Shown here in pieces: positions 17,368 to 27,996 of a DNA stretch of 64,000 bases. Position 1 is the first letter of the stretch. Each line of letters starts with the position of its first letter. Source of the stretch: an uncultured Hyphomonas sp. GTDB taxonomy: Bacteria; Pseudomonadota; Alphaproteobacteria; Caulobacterales; Hyphomonadaceae. The position numbers and the translations under genes are program-made. The stretch lies in assembly GCA_963677035.1 (NCBI GenBank), contig OY781472.1, forward strand, positions 2,879,658-2,943,657. Direction: 5' to 3'. The notes below the pieces were generated by a model. The model did no database searches, had not been told where the DNA came from, and saw only the letters and a program-made list of their open reading frames with translations.

Positions 17368-18565
17368 CATGACCCAACCCGCACCAGCCAGTAATACGCC
17401 GGCAGACCCTGGCCGCGTTTTGCCTCACCTTGCTGCGCTCGTCAGCGACACGCGTCTCAGCGCGCTCAAGCCCCATTGTGTAGAGCTGGCAGACCTGAGC
17501 AAAATTTCCGCGTCTGAAGCGGCCATGAAGTTCGGTGGCGGGGTCATGCTGCTGGAGCAGGGTGTGCCGGGGTGGGATGAACTCCTGCTCAAGCTCGCCG
17601 TCGACCGGCCGTCCACCGCTGTCATTGTCCTGTCCGACCAGATCCCCGGCAACATGGTGCGGGCTCTCATGAAGCTGGACGCGTCTGATGTTCTGCCGGT
17701 TTCGTCTGGTCCGGAAGACATTACGGAAGCTGTGGCGAAGTTTCGCGATACGGCCAGTGGCGGTGTCGGCGGGGCAAGCGTTTGCTGGGCGTTCCGGGGC
17801 GCCGTTGGCGGCGCAGGGGTGACGACCATCGCCATTGAGAGCGCTTTCGAGCTTGCGCGTCAGTTTGGTCCTGGCCGGACCTGTCTTGTCGATCTCAATG
17901 TTGCCGATGGCATGTCGACTTCCTTCCTTGAGGCTGTGCCAAAGCTTGACCTGTCCGCTCTGTCGGCTGCGCCGGAGCGTCTCGATCCACGCCTGCTTGC
18001 CGCCTGGTGTTATCAGCATGAAAGCGGCGTTTCGATTATCGCCTCTCCGCGCAACCCGGATGGGGATGTGCTGGCGACGGAACCGGCCATTCTGCGTCTG
18101 CTGGATGTGGCTTGCGGCATGTTCGAATACACAATCGTCGACATGCCCCGTCACATGATGCCCTGGAGCAAGTCTGTCCTGAGCGCGGTTGACGAGGCAA
18201 TCGTGATCAGTGAGCTGACTGTGCCAAGCCTTCACGCCGCGGCAGACATGGCGCGCGAAACGGATGTGTTGCGACAGGACCGGTTGCCGGCAAAGCTTGT
18301 GCTCAACCGGATGTTCCAGAAGAAACGCCTTCGTGCCGAATTTGCGCTCGACAAGGCGGAAAGCGCAATCGACCGGAAGATAGATTCCACCATTACGTCT
18401 GACTGGGATGCGGCGCGAACAGCCGTCAATCTGGGGCGACCGATTGCGGAAGTCGTCCAGAAAAGCCCGTTGGTCGCTGACATTGGCAGACTGGTTCAGA
18501 TGATGCTGCCGGAAGAGGCCCGGGCGGCTCAGCCAGCCGAAGGCAAGCGGAGGCGCCGCGGATGA
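17351..18565 (+). CDS. cpaE: Pilus assembly ATPase-like protein CpaE/TadZ
   Basis: REC-like N-terminal domain plus a MinD/ParA-fold domain with P-loop-like GAVGGAGVTT. Gene order supports the call. An alternative start at 17369 is possible. Confidence 0.8.
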   Translation: MGSLHNMTQPAPASNTPADPGRVLPHLAALVSDTRLSALKPHCVELADLSKISASEAAMKFGGGVMLLEQGVPGWDELLLKLAVDRPSTAVIVLSDQIPGNMVRALMKLDASDVLPVSSGPEDITEAVAKFRDTASGGVGGASVCWAFRGAVGGAGVTTIAIESAFELARQFGPGRTCLVDLNVADGMSTSFLEAVPKLDLSALSAAPERLDPRLLAAWCYQHESGVSIIASPRNPDGDVLATEPAILRLLDVACGMFEYTIVDMPRHMMPWSKSVLSAVDEAIVISELTVPSLHAAADMARETDVLRQDRLPAKLVLNRMFQKKRLRAEFALDKAESAIDRKIDSTITSDWDAARTAVNLGRPIAEVVQKSPLVADIGRLVQMMLPEEARAAQPAEGKRRRRG

Positions 18566-19953
18566 GCCGTTTCGGATTTTCTGCCCCCGCGCCAGTTGCT
18601 CCGGAGCCGGAGACTGAGACAGAGGCGTCGACGCCGGCGGCACCATCACCTGCGTCCCTACAGGCCAAACCAGAGTCCGGCGGGTTTGACCAGCTGGAAG
18701 CCAAGCTGAAAATCCACGCCAAGCTGATCGACGAGCTGGATCTGTCAAAGCTGGAAAAGCTGGACGACGAAACCCTCCGCCGGCGTGTGCGCGGCATCAT
18801 TGCGGACATTATCCGCAAGGAAGACATGGCCCTGTCTTCAGCGGAAGAGGCGAGCTTTGCCGATGCCGTTATGGACGAGATGACAGGCCTTGGTCCGATT
18901 GAGCCATTGCTCAAGGACGATTCCATCGCGGATATCCTGATCAATGGCTGTGATCAGGTGTATGTCGAGCGCCACGGCAAGCTGCAGGTTGCGCCGGTCC
19001 GGTTTGCGGACAATGAGCACCTTCTGCGGATCGTGCAGCGGATCGTGTCGGCTGTTGGCCGGCGCGTGGATGAAAGCCAGCCTCTGGTCGACGCGCGCCT
19101 GGCCGACGGCAGCCGCGTGAACGCGGCGGTTATGCCGATTGCCATCGACGGCCCGCTTGTCTCTATCCGGAAGTTTTCGAAATCTCCGCTGACCATCGAT
19201 AAACTGGTCGAATTCGGTGCCATTCCCCGTCCGGTGGCGGATTTCATTCTTGGGGCTGTGAAGTGCCGGGCCTCCACCGTCATCTCCGGCGGAACAGGAT
19301 CGGGTAAGACCACACTGCTCAACGCGCTGTCGTCTGCGATCAGCCCGGACGAGCGCATGATCACCATCGAAGACGCTGCGGAATTGCAGTTGCAGCAGCC
19401 GCACGTCGCCCGGATGGAGACGCGTCCGCCGAACATCGAAGGCAAAGGCGAGATCCGCCAGCGCGAGCTTGTGAAGAACGCCCTGCGTATGCGGCCGGAC
19501 CGGGTGATCCTAGGTGAGGTTCGCGGCGAGGAAGCATTCGACATGCTTCAGGCGATGAACACCGGCCACGAGGGGTCCATGGCGACGATCCACGCCAACA
19601 ATCCCCGGGACGCCCTGACGCGTCTTGAGCAGATGGTGATGATTGGTGGGATGAAGATCTCCGAACATGCCATCCGGGGGCAGATTGCATCGGCTGTGAA
19701 TTTTATCGTCCAGGCGTCACGTCTCTCGGACGGGTCGCGCCGGGTGATGTCCATCGCCGAAGTGACCGGCATGGAAGGCTCCGTGGTTCAGCTGCAGGAG
19801 ATCTTCCAGTTCGTCCGGACTGGCACGACGGATGAAGGCAAGGTCGAAGGCCACTTCGCCGCGACAGGCCTGCGGCCAAAATTCCTGGATGAGATGGAAC
19901 GCCGCGGCGTGCACATGCCGCCGGGCATGTTCGATCCGTCAACGCGTTTCTAG
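18562..19953 (+). CDS. cpaF: Tad pilus secretion ATPase CpaF/TadA
   Basis: Walker A GGTGSGKTT, Asp box, Walker B and His box (GHEGSMATIHAN). Confidence 0.95.
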   Translation: MSRFGFSAPAPVAPEPETETEASTPAAPSPASLQAKPESGGFDQLEAKLKIHAKLIDELDLSKLEKLDDETLRRRVRGIIADIIRKEDMALSSAEEASFADAVMDEMTGLGPIEPLLKDDSIADILINGCDQVYVERHGKLQVAPVRFADNEHLLRIVQRIVSAVGRRVDESQPLVDARLADGSRVNAAVMPIAIDGPLVSIRKFSKSPLTIDKLVEFGAIPRPVADFILGAVKCRASTVISGGTGSGKTTLLNALSSAISPDERMITIEDAAELQLQQPHVARMETRPPNIEGKGEIRQRELVKNALRMRPDRVILGEVRGEEAFDMLQAMNTGHEGSMATIHANNPRDALTRLEQMVMIGGMKISEHAIRGQIASAVNFIVQASRLSDGSRRVMSIAEVTGMEGSVVQLQEIFQFVRTGTTDEGKVEGHFAATGLRPKFLDEMERRGVHMPPGMFDPSTRF

Positions 19954-19962
19954 GAGGTCAGC

Positions 19963-20946
19963 GTGTTCGGCCTGCCGGATCTTTCCAATATCAGCCTGAC
20001 TTTCGTAATCCCAATGGTCATGGCGACTGGCGCGGTATTCCTGGCGTTGCAGGCCGTGATGGGACTGTTCTCAACGGCGCAGACGCAACGGATCGTGAAC
20101 CAGCGCCTTCAGTTCAAGGAACGCTTCGAAAGTACAAGCGAAGCCATGATCGAGCTGCGCAAGAGCCGGGGCCTTGACGAGTTCGGTAACTTTGCGATGC
20201 CGCTGGAGTGGTTCAACCAGATCGTTGTGCGCTCAGGCCTGCCTTATCAGCCGGTTCGCTGGTTCGCCATGTCGGGCGGTGCCGGTCTGCTTGCAGGGTT
20301 CGTCTACCTGAAACTGGTGGGCGGCCTTCTGACCACTTTCGGCATCGCGTTCGGCATTTTTGCGCTGGCACCGATCATCGCGCTGAAAATGATCGCCGGG
20401 AAGCGGCTGAAAAAGCTCGCCCAACAGCTGCCGGATGCGATGCAGATCGCCTGCCGCAGTCTTGAGGCGGGGCACCCGGTTGCGACAGCTATTGCGCTTG
20501 TCGCGCGTGAGATGCCTGATCCGATTGGGACTGAATTCGGCATGGCCGCGGATGAAGTCTCCTACGGCATGTCTCTGACCAATGCCGTTCAGCGGATGGC
20601 GGAGCGGGCAGGGGATCCGGATATCGAATTGTTTGCCGCGACAGTCCGCCTGCAGGAAAAGACCGGCGGCAACCTGACCGAACTCCTTAAAGCGCTGGCG
20701 TCAACCATCCGTGAGCGGCAGACCATGCGCCTGAAGGTGCAGGCGGCCTCGTCTGAAGGGCGGACATCGGCGATGATCCTGACGGCCGCACCCTTTGTCG
20801 TGATGCTGGCTATCCACCTGCTGCGCCCGGAATTCTATGGTGACGTCATCGGCAAGCCACTGGTCCGCAATACGTTCGCGGGCCTGTTTGTCTGGATGTT
20901 AATTGGCAACATGATCATGCGCAAAATGATCAATTTTAAAATGTGA
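19963..20946 (+). CDS. tadB: Tad pilus platform protein TadB
   Basis: T2SS F-like membrane protein. GTG start follows AGGAGG (19953-19958). Confidence 0.9.
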   Translation: MFGLPDLSNISLTFVIPMVMATGAVFLALQAVMGLFSTAQTQRIVNQRLQFKERFESTSEAMIELRKSRGLDEFGNFAMPLEWFNQIVVRSGLPYQPVRWFAMSGGAGLLAGFVYLKLVGGLLTTFGIAFGIFALAPIIALKMIAGKRLKKLAQQLPDAMQIACRSLEAGHPVATAIALVAREMPDPIGTEFGMAADEVSYGMSLTNAVQRMAERAGDPDIELFAATVRLQEKTGGNLTELLKALASTIRERQTMRLKVQAASSEGRTSAMILTAAPFVVMLAIHLLRPEFYGDVIGKPLVRNTFAGLFVWMLIGNMIMRKMINFKM

Positions 20947-21887
20947 TGAGGGGCATGTTCGATCGACTTCCCCTCTCAGAGATCTGGTTGCCGGCAGCCA
21001 TGCTTGTCATCGCTATTGCTGTTGCTGTACCCGGCCTTCTTTCGGTCTGGCGGAACGCGAAGGCCAAGGAAGAAGTCGAGCGGCGCCTCGAACGCCGTGG
21101 CACCCGGTTCATGGAGCCACACAAGCATGTGAGCCCGATCGACAATCTGGTGCTGCAGGTTTCCAGCAAGGTGGCGCCGACCGACGAAGAGAAGGTCAGC
21201 GAGGTCAGGGCGCGGCTGGCGCTGGCCGGGCTGACCCATTCCAGCGCCGTCGGGCAATACTATCTCGCGCGGATCGTTTGCGTGATTGTTCCGCAAATCG
21301 CCCTGTTGATCGCGCTGCCCTATCTCGGCGGCTTTCCGCCAACCGTGCCGCTGTTCGGCAGCGTGGCCCTGCTGATCATCGGTCTTGTCGGGCCATCCTT
21401 CTATGTCGACCATCTGATTTCGGCCCGGCAGAGCCTTTGCTCGCTTGGCTTTCCGGACATGATGGATCTGATGGTGGCATGTGTTGAAGCGGGGCTGAGC
21501 CTGGATGCATCAGTCCAGCGCGTGGGAGAGGAACTGGAAACACGTCATCCAATCATCGCCGGGCATATGAAAACCCTGTCTCTGGAGCTGCGGGCAGGTA
21601 AATCGCGGAAAAAGGCCTGGCGGTCCTTTGCGGATCGGATGAACCTCGAAGAGGCCGGATCGCTGGCGACTATGCTGCGTCAGGCGGAGGAAATGGGGAC
21701 GAGTCTGGGCGCCACTTTGCGGATCTTCTCTGCAGATATGCGCCAGCGGCGGATCCTGATGGCAGAAGAAAAGGCTATGGCTTTGCCTGCGAAGCTTACA
21801 CTTCCTTTGATTTTGTTCGTTTTTCCGGTGCTTCTGGGCGTTTTGATCCTGCCAGCCATTGCGAAAATGCAAGGTGTTCTGTTCTGA
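20943..21887 (+). CDS. tadC: Tad pilus platform protein TadC
   Basis: T2SS F-like membrane protein, paralogous to TadB. Overlaps the tadB stop. Confidence 0.9.
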   Translation: MMRGMFDRLPLSEIWLPAAMLVIAIAVAVPGLLSVWRNAKAKEEVERRLERRGTRFMEPHKHVSPIDNLVLQVSSKVAPTDEEKVSEVRARLALAGLTHSSAVGQYYLARIVCVIVPQIALLIALPYLGGFPPTVPLFGSVALLIIGLVGPSFYVDHLISARQSLCSLGFPDMMDLMVACVEAGLSLDASVQRVGEELETRHPIIAGHMKTLSLELRAGKSRKKAWRSFADRMNLEEAGSLATMLRQAEEMGTSLGATLRIFSADMRQRRILMAEEKAMALPAKLTLPLILFVFPVLLGVLILPAIAKMQGVLF

Positions 21888-21931
21888 TCTCGGCACTAGG
21901 CGAGTCAGTCTGCGATTGCTAGTTTGCGCCC

Positions 21932-22891
21932 ATGAAAGTTTCATATCTCGAATTCGAAAAGCCGCTGGCGGAATTGGACTCCAAGATCGCTGAGTTGGAA
22001 ACGCTGTCGGGCCGTAAGGACGGACCGTCCCTTTCGGACGAACTCACCAAGCTGAAAGCCAAGTCTCAGAAGATGCTGAAAGATACCTATTCGGATCTCA
22101 GCGCCTGGCAGAAGACGCAGGTGGCGCGCCATCCGGACCGGCCGCATTTCAGCGACTTTGTCGAGAACGTCTTCGAAGATTTCGAAGAGCTTGCGGGTGA
22201 CAGGGTCTACGGGAACGACGAGGCCGTGATTGGCGGGCTTGCCCGCTTCAAGGGGCGCCCTGTGGTTGTTATGGGCCACGAAAAGGGACGGACGACTGAA
22301 ACGCGCCTGCGGCACAATTTCGGCATGGCGCACCCGGAAGGCTACCGGAAGGCCGTGCGCCTGATGGACCTGGCCGAGAAGTTCGATCTGCCAGTTCTCA
22401 GCTTTCCGGATACGGCCGGCGCTTATCCGGGCAAGGGCGGTGAAGAACGCGGTCAGGCGGAAGCCATCGCCCGGGGCACGCAGCGCGGCCTGACGCTGGG
22501 CGTTCCGTTTGTCACGCTGATCATCGGTGAAGGCATGTCGGGCGGTGCAATCGGTATCGCAGCAGCCAACAAGGTGCTGATGATGGAACATGCCATCTAT
22601 TCAGTGATCTCGCCGGAAGGCTGCGCGTCCATTCTGTATCGCGACGCCGGCAAGGCCAAGGATGCGGCGGATGCGATGAAAATCACTGCGCCGGACCTGC
22701 TCCGGACCAAGGTGATCGACGATGTCGTGAAAGAACCCGTGGGTGGCGCCCATCGCGATCCGCAGCGTGCCATGGCCACAGCGTCCAAAGCGCTGGAAAA
22801 GGCGCTGAAGGATCTGGATGGCCTCTCCCCGGCGGAACTCCGCCGCCAGCGCGCGGAACGATTCTACGCCATCGGCCGGGAAGGCCTCTGA
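21932..22891 (+). CDS. accA: Acetyl-CoA carboxylase carboxyltransferase subunit alpha
   Basis: LEFEKPL.EL..KI.EL start and the DTAGAYPG, ERGQAEAIA and GEG.SGGA motifs. Confidence 0.95.
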   Translation: MKVSYLEFEKPLAELDSKIAELETLSGRKDGPSLSDELTKLKAKSQKMLKDTYSDLSAWQKTQVARHPDRPHFSDFVENVFEDFEELAGDRVYGNDEAVIGGLARFKGRPVVVMGHEKGRTTETRLRHNFGMAHPEGYRKAVRLMDLAEKFDLPVLSFPDTAGAYPGKGGEERGQAEAIARGTQRGLTLGVPFVTLIIGEGMSGGAIGIAAANKVLMMEHAIYSVISPEGCASILYRDAGKAKDAADAMKITAPDLLRTKVIDDVVKEPVGGAHRDPQRAMATASKALEKALKDLDGLSPAELRRQRAERFYAIGREGL

Positions 22892-22955
22892 TAGCGCTTG
22901 CCTTCGGTCCATGCGCACGCCACGCTTCTCTGCATAAGACAGGGAGGAGGGCCCC

Positions 22956-24704
22956 ATGAAACGAATGATGCTTGCTGCTGTGGCAATGGCCGCTGCGTGT
23001 GCTGCGCCAGCATCGCCAGATCCGGATGCGGGTGAAGGTGTTGTGATCTATCCGGCAGAGGCAGTGGTCACCATGGCCGCTGATGGGGACGTGGCCGAAG
23101 CCATCGCTGTCTCAGGTGACCGGATCATTGCCACAGGAACCTTGGAGGACCTGAAAGGGGCGATGCCGGCCGCAAGTGTGGATCCGGAATTCCGGGATGC
23201 GGTGATCGTTCCGGGACTGATCGATCCGCATGTTCATGTCGTGCTGGGGGCCCTTCAGTATAATCTGCCGATTACGCCGCCATGGCCAATGGCGACGCCG
23301 CACGGAATGAAAGCCGGTTTACCGAACCGGGAGGCGTTTTTCACCGCGTTGTCGGACATCGTGGCGGCAGCTGACCCGGACGCGCCGGTCGTTGTGTACG
23401 GCTATCACAATCTGGTGCACGGAGACCTGACCCGGGCGGATCTCGACGCGATTACATCGGATCAGCCATTGATCGTATGGCACTATTCCTCGCACGACTT
23501 TTACCTGAACAGTGCCGCGATCGAGGCCGCTGGCTTTACGCCCGCACTGGCGCAGACATTCCATGGTGTTGACCTCGACGAAAACGGCGAGCTGACCGGC
23601 CGCATCTATGAGGATGCCGCGCTGCTGGTGATCCAGGCGTTTGCCGGGGTGATCCTGGCACCGGACAATGTGACGGCAGGCTTTCACGGGTTCTCATCCA
23701 TGTTGCGACAGGCGGGCGTCACGACGACCGCAGAGATGGCTTACGGTCTGTTCGGCTGGGACATGGAAGATGCGAATATCCGCGCCAATTGGGGCAGCGC
23801 GCAGGAGGCAGGGTATCATCTCTACCTTGTGCCAGAATACCGGGCGTTAGAGCGAACCTTCGGGGATGGACGAGTCCAGGCCGTCCTCGACATGGTCAGC
23901 GGCGCCCGCGATACGCCTGCGCCCGTCCTGCCACGTGTGAAGTTCTTCACCGACGGCGCTTTTTACAGTCAGACCATGCGGCTTTCACCGCCGGGCTATC
24001 TGACTGGCCAGTCCAAGGGAACCGAAGGCCTGTGGGTTGCCGGGCCGGACGGGATTGTTCCGGCGATTGCGCCTTATTGGGCCGCTGGTCTTGGCGTGAA
24101 TATCCATTCCAATGGCGATGCGGCTCAGGGTGCAACGCTGAAAGCGCTTGAGACTCTGCGGGAAGGTGACGGGCCGGAGAATAGTTTCGTCATCGAGCAT
24201 GGCGGTCTGTTCTCGCCGGAACAGGTGGAAGCCGCCGGCCGGCTGAATGCCCGCCTTTCCGCTGCCAGCCACTATGTTTTCTATATGGCGAATGAATATG
24301 CCGGGCCGCTTGGCGATGTCAGGGCGAACTGGATTTCGCCATTGGGGGCCCTGACGGCGGCAGGTGTTCCCGTTGCGGTGCATAGTGATGCGCCGCTGGC
24401 GCCGCCATACCCTCTGCGCGCTGCAGGCGTACACATCACCCGTGCGACCCGGGAAGGCAGCGCGTATGAAGCGGACATGGCATTACCTCCCTATGAGGCG
24501 CTGGAAGCGATCACGCTGGATGCGGCCCGGGTGCTCGGCCTGGAGGCCGAAATCGGCTCCATCGAACCCGGCAAGCGCGCGGATTTCACGATCCTCGGCG
24601 CCAATCCGCTGGACACTGCGGGCGCCGATTGGGAGTCCATTCCCGTTTGGGGTGTAATGCTGGATGGTGTGAAACATCCATTGGCAGAACAGGGGGCCGA
24701 ATAG
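22956..24704 (+). CDS. Amidohydrolase-3 family metal hydrolase, predicted lipoprotein
   Basis: Lipobox MAAAC|AA, PGLIDPHVHV metal motif and a C-terminal SIEPGKRADF motif. SD GGGAGGAGGG. Confidence 0.8.
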   Translation: MKRMMLAAVAMAAACAAPASPDPDAGEGVVIYPAEAVVTMAADGDVAEAIAVSGDRIIATGTLEDLKGAMPAASVDPEFRDAVIVPGLIDPHVHVVLGALQYNLPITPPWPMATPHGMKAGLPNREAFFTALSDIVAAADPDAPVVVYGYHNLVHGDLTRADLDAITSDQPLIVWHYSSHDFYLNSAAIEAAGFTPALAQTFHGVDLDENGELTGRIYEDAALLVIQAFAGVILAPDNVTAGFHGFSSMLRQAGVTTTAEMAYGLFGWDMEDANIRANWGSAQEAGYHLYLVPEYRALERTFGDGRVQAVLDMVSGARDTPAPVLPRVKFFTDGAFYSQTMRLSPPGYLTGQSKGTEGLWVAGPDGIVPAIAPYWAAGLGVNIHSNGDAAQGATLKALETLREGDGPENSFVIEHGGLFSPEQVEAAGRLNARLSAASHYVFYMANEYAGPLGDVRANWISPLGALTAAGVPVAVHSDAPLAPPYPLRAAGVHITRATREGSAYEADMALPPYEALEAITLDAARVLGLEAEIGSIEPGKRADFTILGANPLDTAGADWESIPVWGVMLDGVKHPLAEQGAE

Positions 24705-24706
24705 GC

Positions 24707-25642
24707 GTGAGCGAACGCGACTGGATCTCCGGGTACTTTGCCCCGCTGGCCACAACGCCGGGCGCGGATGCCTTGCGCGATGATGTGGCGGAGCTGTCAG
24801 TTGGAGACGGGCGCATCATTGCGACCGTCGATGCGCTGGTTGAGGGCGTGCACTTCTTCCCCGATGATCCGATTGAGAGTGTGGCCCGCAAACTCGTGCG
24901 GACAAATGTGTCAGATGTCATCGCCAAAGGGGCGCGGCCGCTTGAGGCTCTGCTGACTCTGGGATGGCCGGCCGGGCGGCCTGAAGAGGAACTCGCCCGG
25001 TTTGCCGGGGCGCTGGGCACCGAACTGGCGGGCTGGGGCGCACGGCTTGTGGGCGGGGACACGACAGCGAGCCCTCAGGGCCTGTTCCTGTCCCTTACGC
25101 TTACCGGCCAGTGCGGGCCGGACGGTCCCGTCAGGCGCAGCGGGGCGCAAGCCGGAGATGCCCTGTGGGTCACCGGAGAGATCGGTGCAGCGTGCCGGGG
25201 CTACCGGGCCCTCCGGGAAGGTCGGGCCGGCGACCCGCATATTGCGTCCTACAGGGAGCCTGCCCTGGCGCCTCTGCGGATTACCGACATGCTGCAGGCA
25301 TGCGCCACCGGATCTATGGATGTCTCTGACGGACTATTGGGGGACGCCCGCATGTTTGCGGCGGCATCCAGCCTGTCCGTAAAGGTGGATCTGGATGCAG
25401 TGCCGTTTGCGGGGGGCGCGCCGGACATTGAGGAACGCCTGGCGCTTGCCTCATGGGGCGACGACTATCAGGTCCTTTTCTCAGCGCCTGAGTCGGTTTC
25501 TCCCCGGATTACGGCTGACGCGACGGATATGGGCCTCCTGGTAACGCGTATCGGAACTTTTGCGTCGGGTGCTGGCCTGACGGCATTGATGGACGGTACC
25601 GCCGTTAACTTACCGGAAACACTCGGCTTCGAGCATGGCTGA
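24707..25642 (+). CDS. thiL: Thiamine-monophosphate kinase
   Basis: DDVAEL...ATVDALVEGVHF and GGDTT motifs. GTG start lies 2 nt after the upstream stop; the track start at 24629 overlaps the previous gene. Confidence 0.85.
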   Translation: MSERDWISGYFAPLATTPGADALRDDVAELSVGDGRIIATVDALVEGVHFFPDDPIESVARKLVRTNVSDVIAKGARPLEALLTLGWPAGRPEEELARFAGALGTELAGWGARLVGGDTTASPQGLFLSLTLTGQCGPDGPVRRSGAQAGDALWVTGEIGAACRGYRALREGRAGDPHIASYREPALAPLRITDMLQACATGSMDVSDGLLGDARMFAAASSLSVKVDLDAVPFAGGAPDIEERLALASWGDDYQVLFSAPESVSPRITADATDMGLLVTRIGTFASGAGLTALMDGTAVNLPETLGFEHG

Positions 25643-25786
25643 ACCGGGGCTTGCCTGACTCGCTCCAAACGTGAGGCATCTTGCACGTAACGTCAGGGGG
25701 TGGCAGCAAAGTATCCATAATAATGAAAGCTCAGGGAGAAACCGGGCAAAACCGGTTCGATTTGGCTAGGGAAGGAAAGTAGGTTC

Positions 25787-27940
25787 ATGTGGTATTATCT
25801 CGCTCTCGCAGCGGGCGTTATCTCGGTTTTGTACGGGTTCATTCAGGCCCGCTCGATCCAGTCCGCCCCCGCGGGTGATGCGCGAATGCGCGAAATCGCT
25901 GCGGCCATTCAGGAAGGCGCAAACGCCTATCTTGGCCGCCAGTATCGTACCATCGCAATTGTCGGTGTCGTCGTGGTTGTCCTGCTGGGAGTGGCATTCC
26001 AGAGCTGGCAGCAGCCGCTTGGCTTCGTCATCGGTGCCGTTTTGTCGGGGGCTGCTGGCTTCATCGGCATGAAGGTGTCGGTGCAGGCCAATGTCCGCAC
26101 AACGGAAGCGGCGAAGTCCGGTCTCAATGCAGGTCTCAAACTGGCGTTCAAGTCGGGCGCGGTGACGGGCATGCTCGTTGTCGGCCTCGCGCTGCTTGGC
26201 ATCGTTCTCTATTACGGGTTCCTGACCATGGTCATGGGACTCAGCCTGACCGATGAACTCGAGAAGCGGGAAGTCATCGATTCGCTCGTTGCGCTCGGTT
26301 TCGGTGCCTCGCTCATCTCGATTTTTGCGCGTCTTGGCGGCGGTATCTTCACCAAGGGTGCAGATGTCGGCGGTGACATGGTCGGCAAGGTCGAAGCCGG
26401 TATCCCGGAAGACGATCCTCGGAATGCCGCCACGATCGCGGACAATGTGGGCGACAATGTCGGCGACTGTGCTGGTATGGCGGCTGACCTGTTCGAAACC
26501 TATGCGGTGACGCTGGTGGCGACCATGGTGCTCGGAGCGATCTTCTTCGCTGACAGTAGCTATATCGGCGACATCATGCTGCTGCCGCTCGCGATTGGCG
26601 GCGTCTGCATCGTCACGTCGATCATCGGCACATATTTCGTCAATCTCGGACCCGGCAAGACTGATGTCATGGGGGCGCTCTACAAGGGCCTCATCGTGAC
26701 GGGAGTTCTGTCAGTTGCTGCGTTGGCGCTTGTGATCAGCCAGGTGCTTCCGGCGGGCTTCGGCGTGCTGGACGGTGCCTCTGCAGCCATGGGCCTTTCG
26801 GGTGAAATTACCGGCCTGGACCTGTTCCTGTGTGGGCTTCTGGGCCTGATCGTGACGGGTCTGATCGTTGTGATCACCGCCTATTACACCGAAACCAAGT
26901 ACCGGCCTGTCCGCTCCATTGCGAAGGCATCGGAGTCCGGGCACGGCACGAACGTGATCCAGGGGCTTGCTGTGTCGCTCGAGTCGACGGCTCTGCCGGC
27001 ACTGACGATCATTGCGGGCATCATTGCCACCTATAATCTTGCTGGCCTGTATGGCATTGCCATCGCAACAACGACCATGCTTGCGCTGGCAGGTATGATC
27101 GTGGCGCTCGACGCATTTGGTCCCGTGACGGACAATGCTGGCGGCATCGCTGAAATGGCGGAACTGCCTTCGGAAGTCCGGAATACGACGGACGCGCTGG
27201 ACGCTGTTGGCAACACGACGAAAGCCGTGACCAAGGGCTATGCCATCGGGTCTGCCGGGCTTGGCGCGCTCGTTCTGTTTGCGGCTTACTCGGAGGACCT
27301 CAAATACTTCTCGGCGCGCGCCGCGGAAGGGTCGTTCTTCTCCGGCGTGACGGTCGATTTCTCGATCGCCAATCCGTATGTCGTGGTCGGCCTTTTGTTT
27401 GGTGGTCTTCTGCCATTCCTCTTCGGCGGTATGTCGATGATGGCCGTCGGGCGTGCGGCACAGTCGGTGGTCGAGGAAGTCCGCCGCCAGTTCCGCGAAA
27501 TGCCGGGCATCATGAAAGGCGAAGTGAAGCCGGACTATGGCCGCGCGGTTGACCTGCTGACCCAGGCCGCGATCAAGGAAATGATCGTTCCGTCGCTGCT
27601 GCCGGTCCTGTCGCCGATCGTCCTGTTCGGTGTCATCCTGGCCATTGCAGGCAAAGGCGCGGCCTTTGCGGCGCTTGGAGCCATGCTGCTGGGCGTGATC
27701 GTCACCGGCCTGTTCGTTGCCATCTCGATGACGTCGGGTGGCGGGGCATGGGACAATGCCAAGAAGTATATCGAAGACGGCAATCATGGCGGCAAGGGGT
27801 CTGAAGCCCACAAGGCTGCCGTGACGGGCGATACAGTCGGCGATCCTTACAAGGATACCGCTGGTCCGGCCGTGAACCCGATGATCAAGATCACGAATAT
27901 CGTGGCCCTGTTGCTGCTGGCGGTGCTCGCCGGCGTCTAG
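25787..27940 (+). CDS. hppA: Membrane H+-translocating pyrophosphatase (K+-independent type)
   Basis: [14 protein letters not shown] and [19 protein letters not shown] motifs. GNTTKA (Lys rather than Ala) marks the K+-independent class. Confidence 0.95.
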   Translation: MWYYLALAAGVISVLYGFIQARSIQSAPAGDARMREIAAAIQEGANAYLGRQYRTIAIVGVVVVVLLGVAFQSWQQPLGFVIGAVLSGAAGFIGMKVSVQANVRTTEAAKSGLNAGLKLAFKSGAVTGMLVVGLALLGIVLYYGFLTMVMGLSLTDELEKREVIDSLVALGFGASLISIFARLGGGIFTKGADVGGDMVGKVEAGIPEDDPRNAATIADNVGDNVGDCAGMAADLFETYAVTLVATMVLGAIFFADSSYIGDIMLLPLAIGGVCIVTSIIGTYFVNLGPGKTDVMGALYKGLIVTGVLSVAALALVISQVLPAGFGVLDGASAAMGLSGEITGLDLFLCGLLGLIVTGLIVVITAYYTETKYRPVRSIAKASESGHGTNVIQGLAVSLESTALPALTIIAGIIATYNLAGLYGIAIATTTMLALAGMIVALDAFGPVTDNAGGIAEMAELPSEVRNTTDALDAVGNTTKAVTKGYAIGSAGLGALVLFAAYSEDLKYFSARAAEGSFFSGVTVDFSIANPYVVVGLLFGGLLPFLFGGMSMMAVGRAAQSVVEEVRRQFREMPGIMKGEVKPDYGRAVDLLTQAAIKEMIVPSLLPVLSPIVLFGVILAIAGKGAAFAALGAMLLGVIVTGLFVAISMTSGGGAWDNAKKYIEDGNHGGKGSEAHKAAVTGDTVGDPYKDTAGPAVNPMIKITNIVALLLLAVLAGV

Positions 27941-27961
27941 GCAACATGAATTTTTTGTTGG

Positions 27962-27996
27962 AGGCCCCGGGGTGAACGCTCCGGGGCCTTTGTTTT
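27962..27996 (+). terminator. Rho-independent terminator after hppA
   Basis: AGGCCCCGG (27962-27970) pairs with CCGGGGCCT (27981-27989), followed by TTTGTTTT. Confidence 0.8.
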
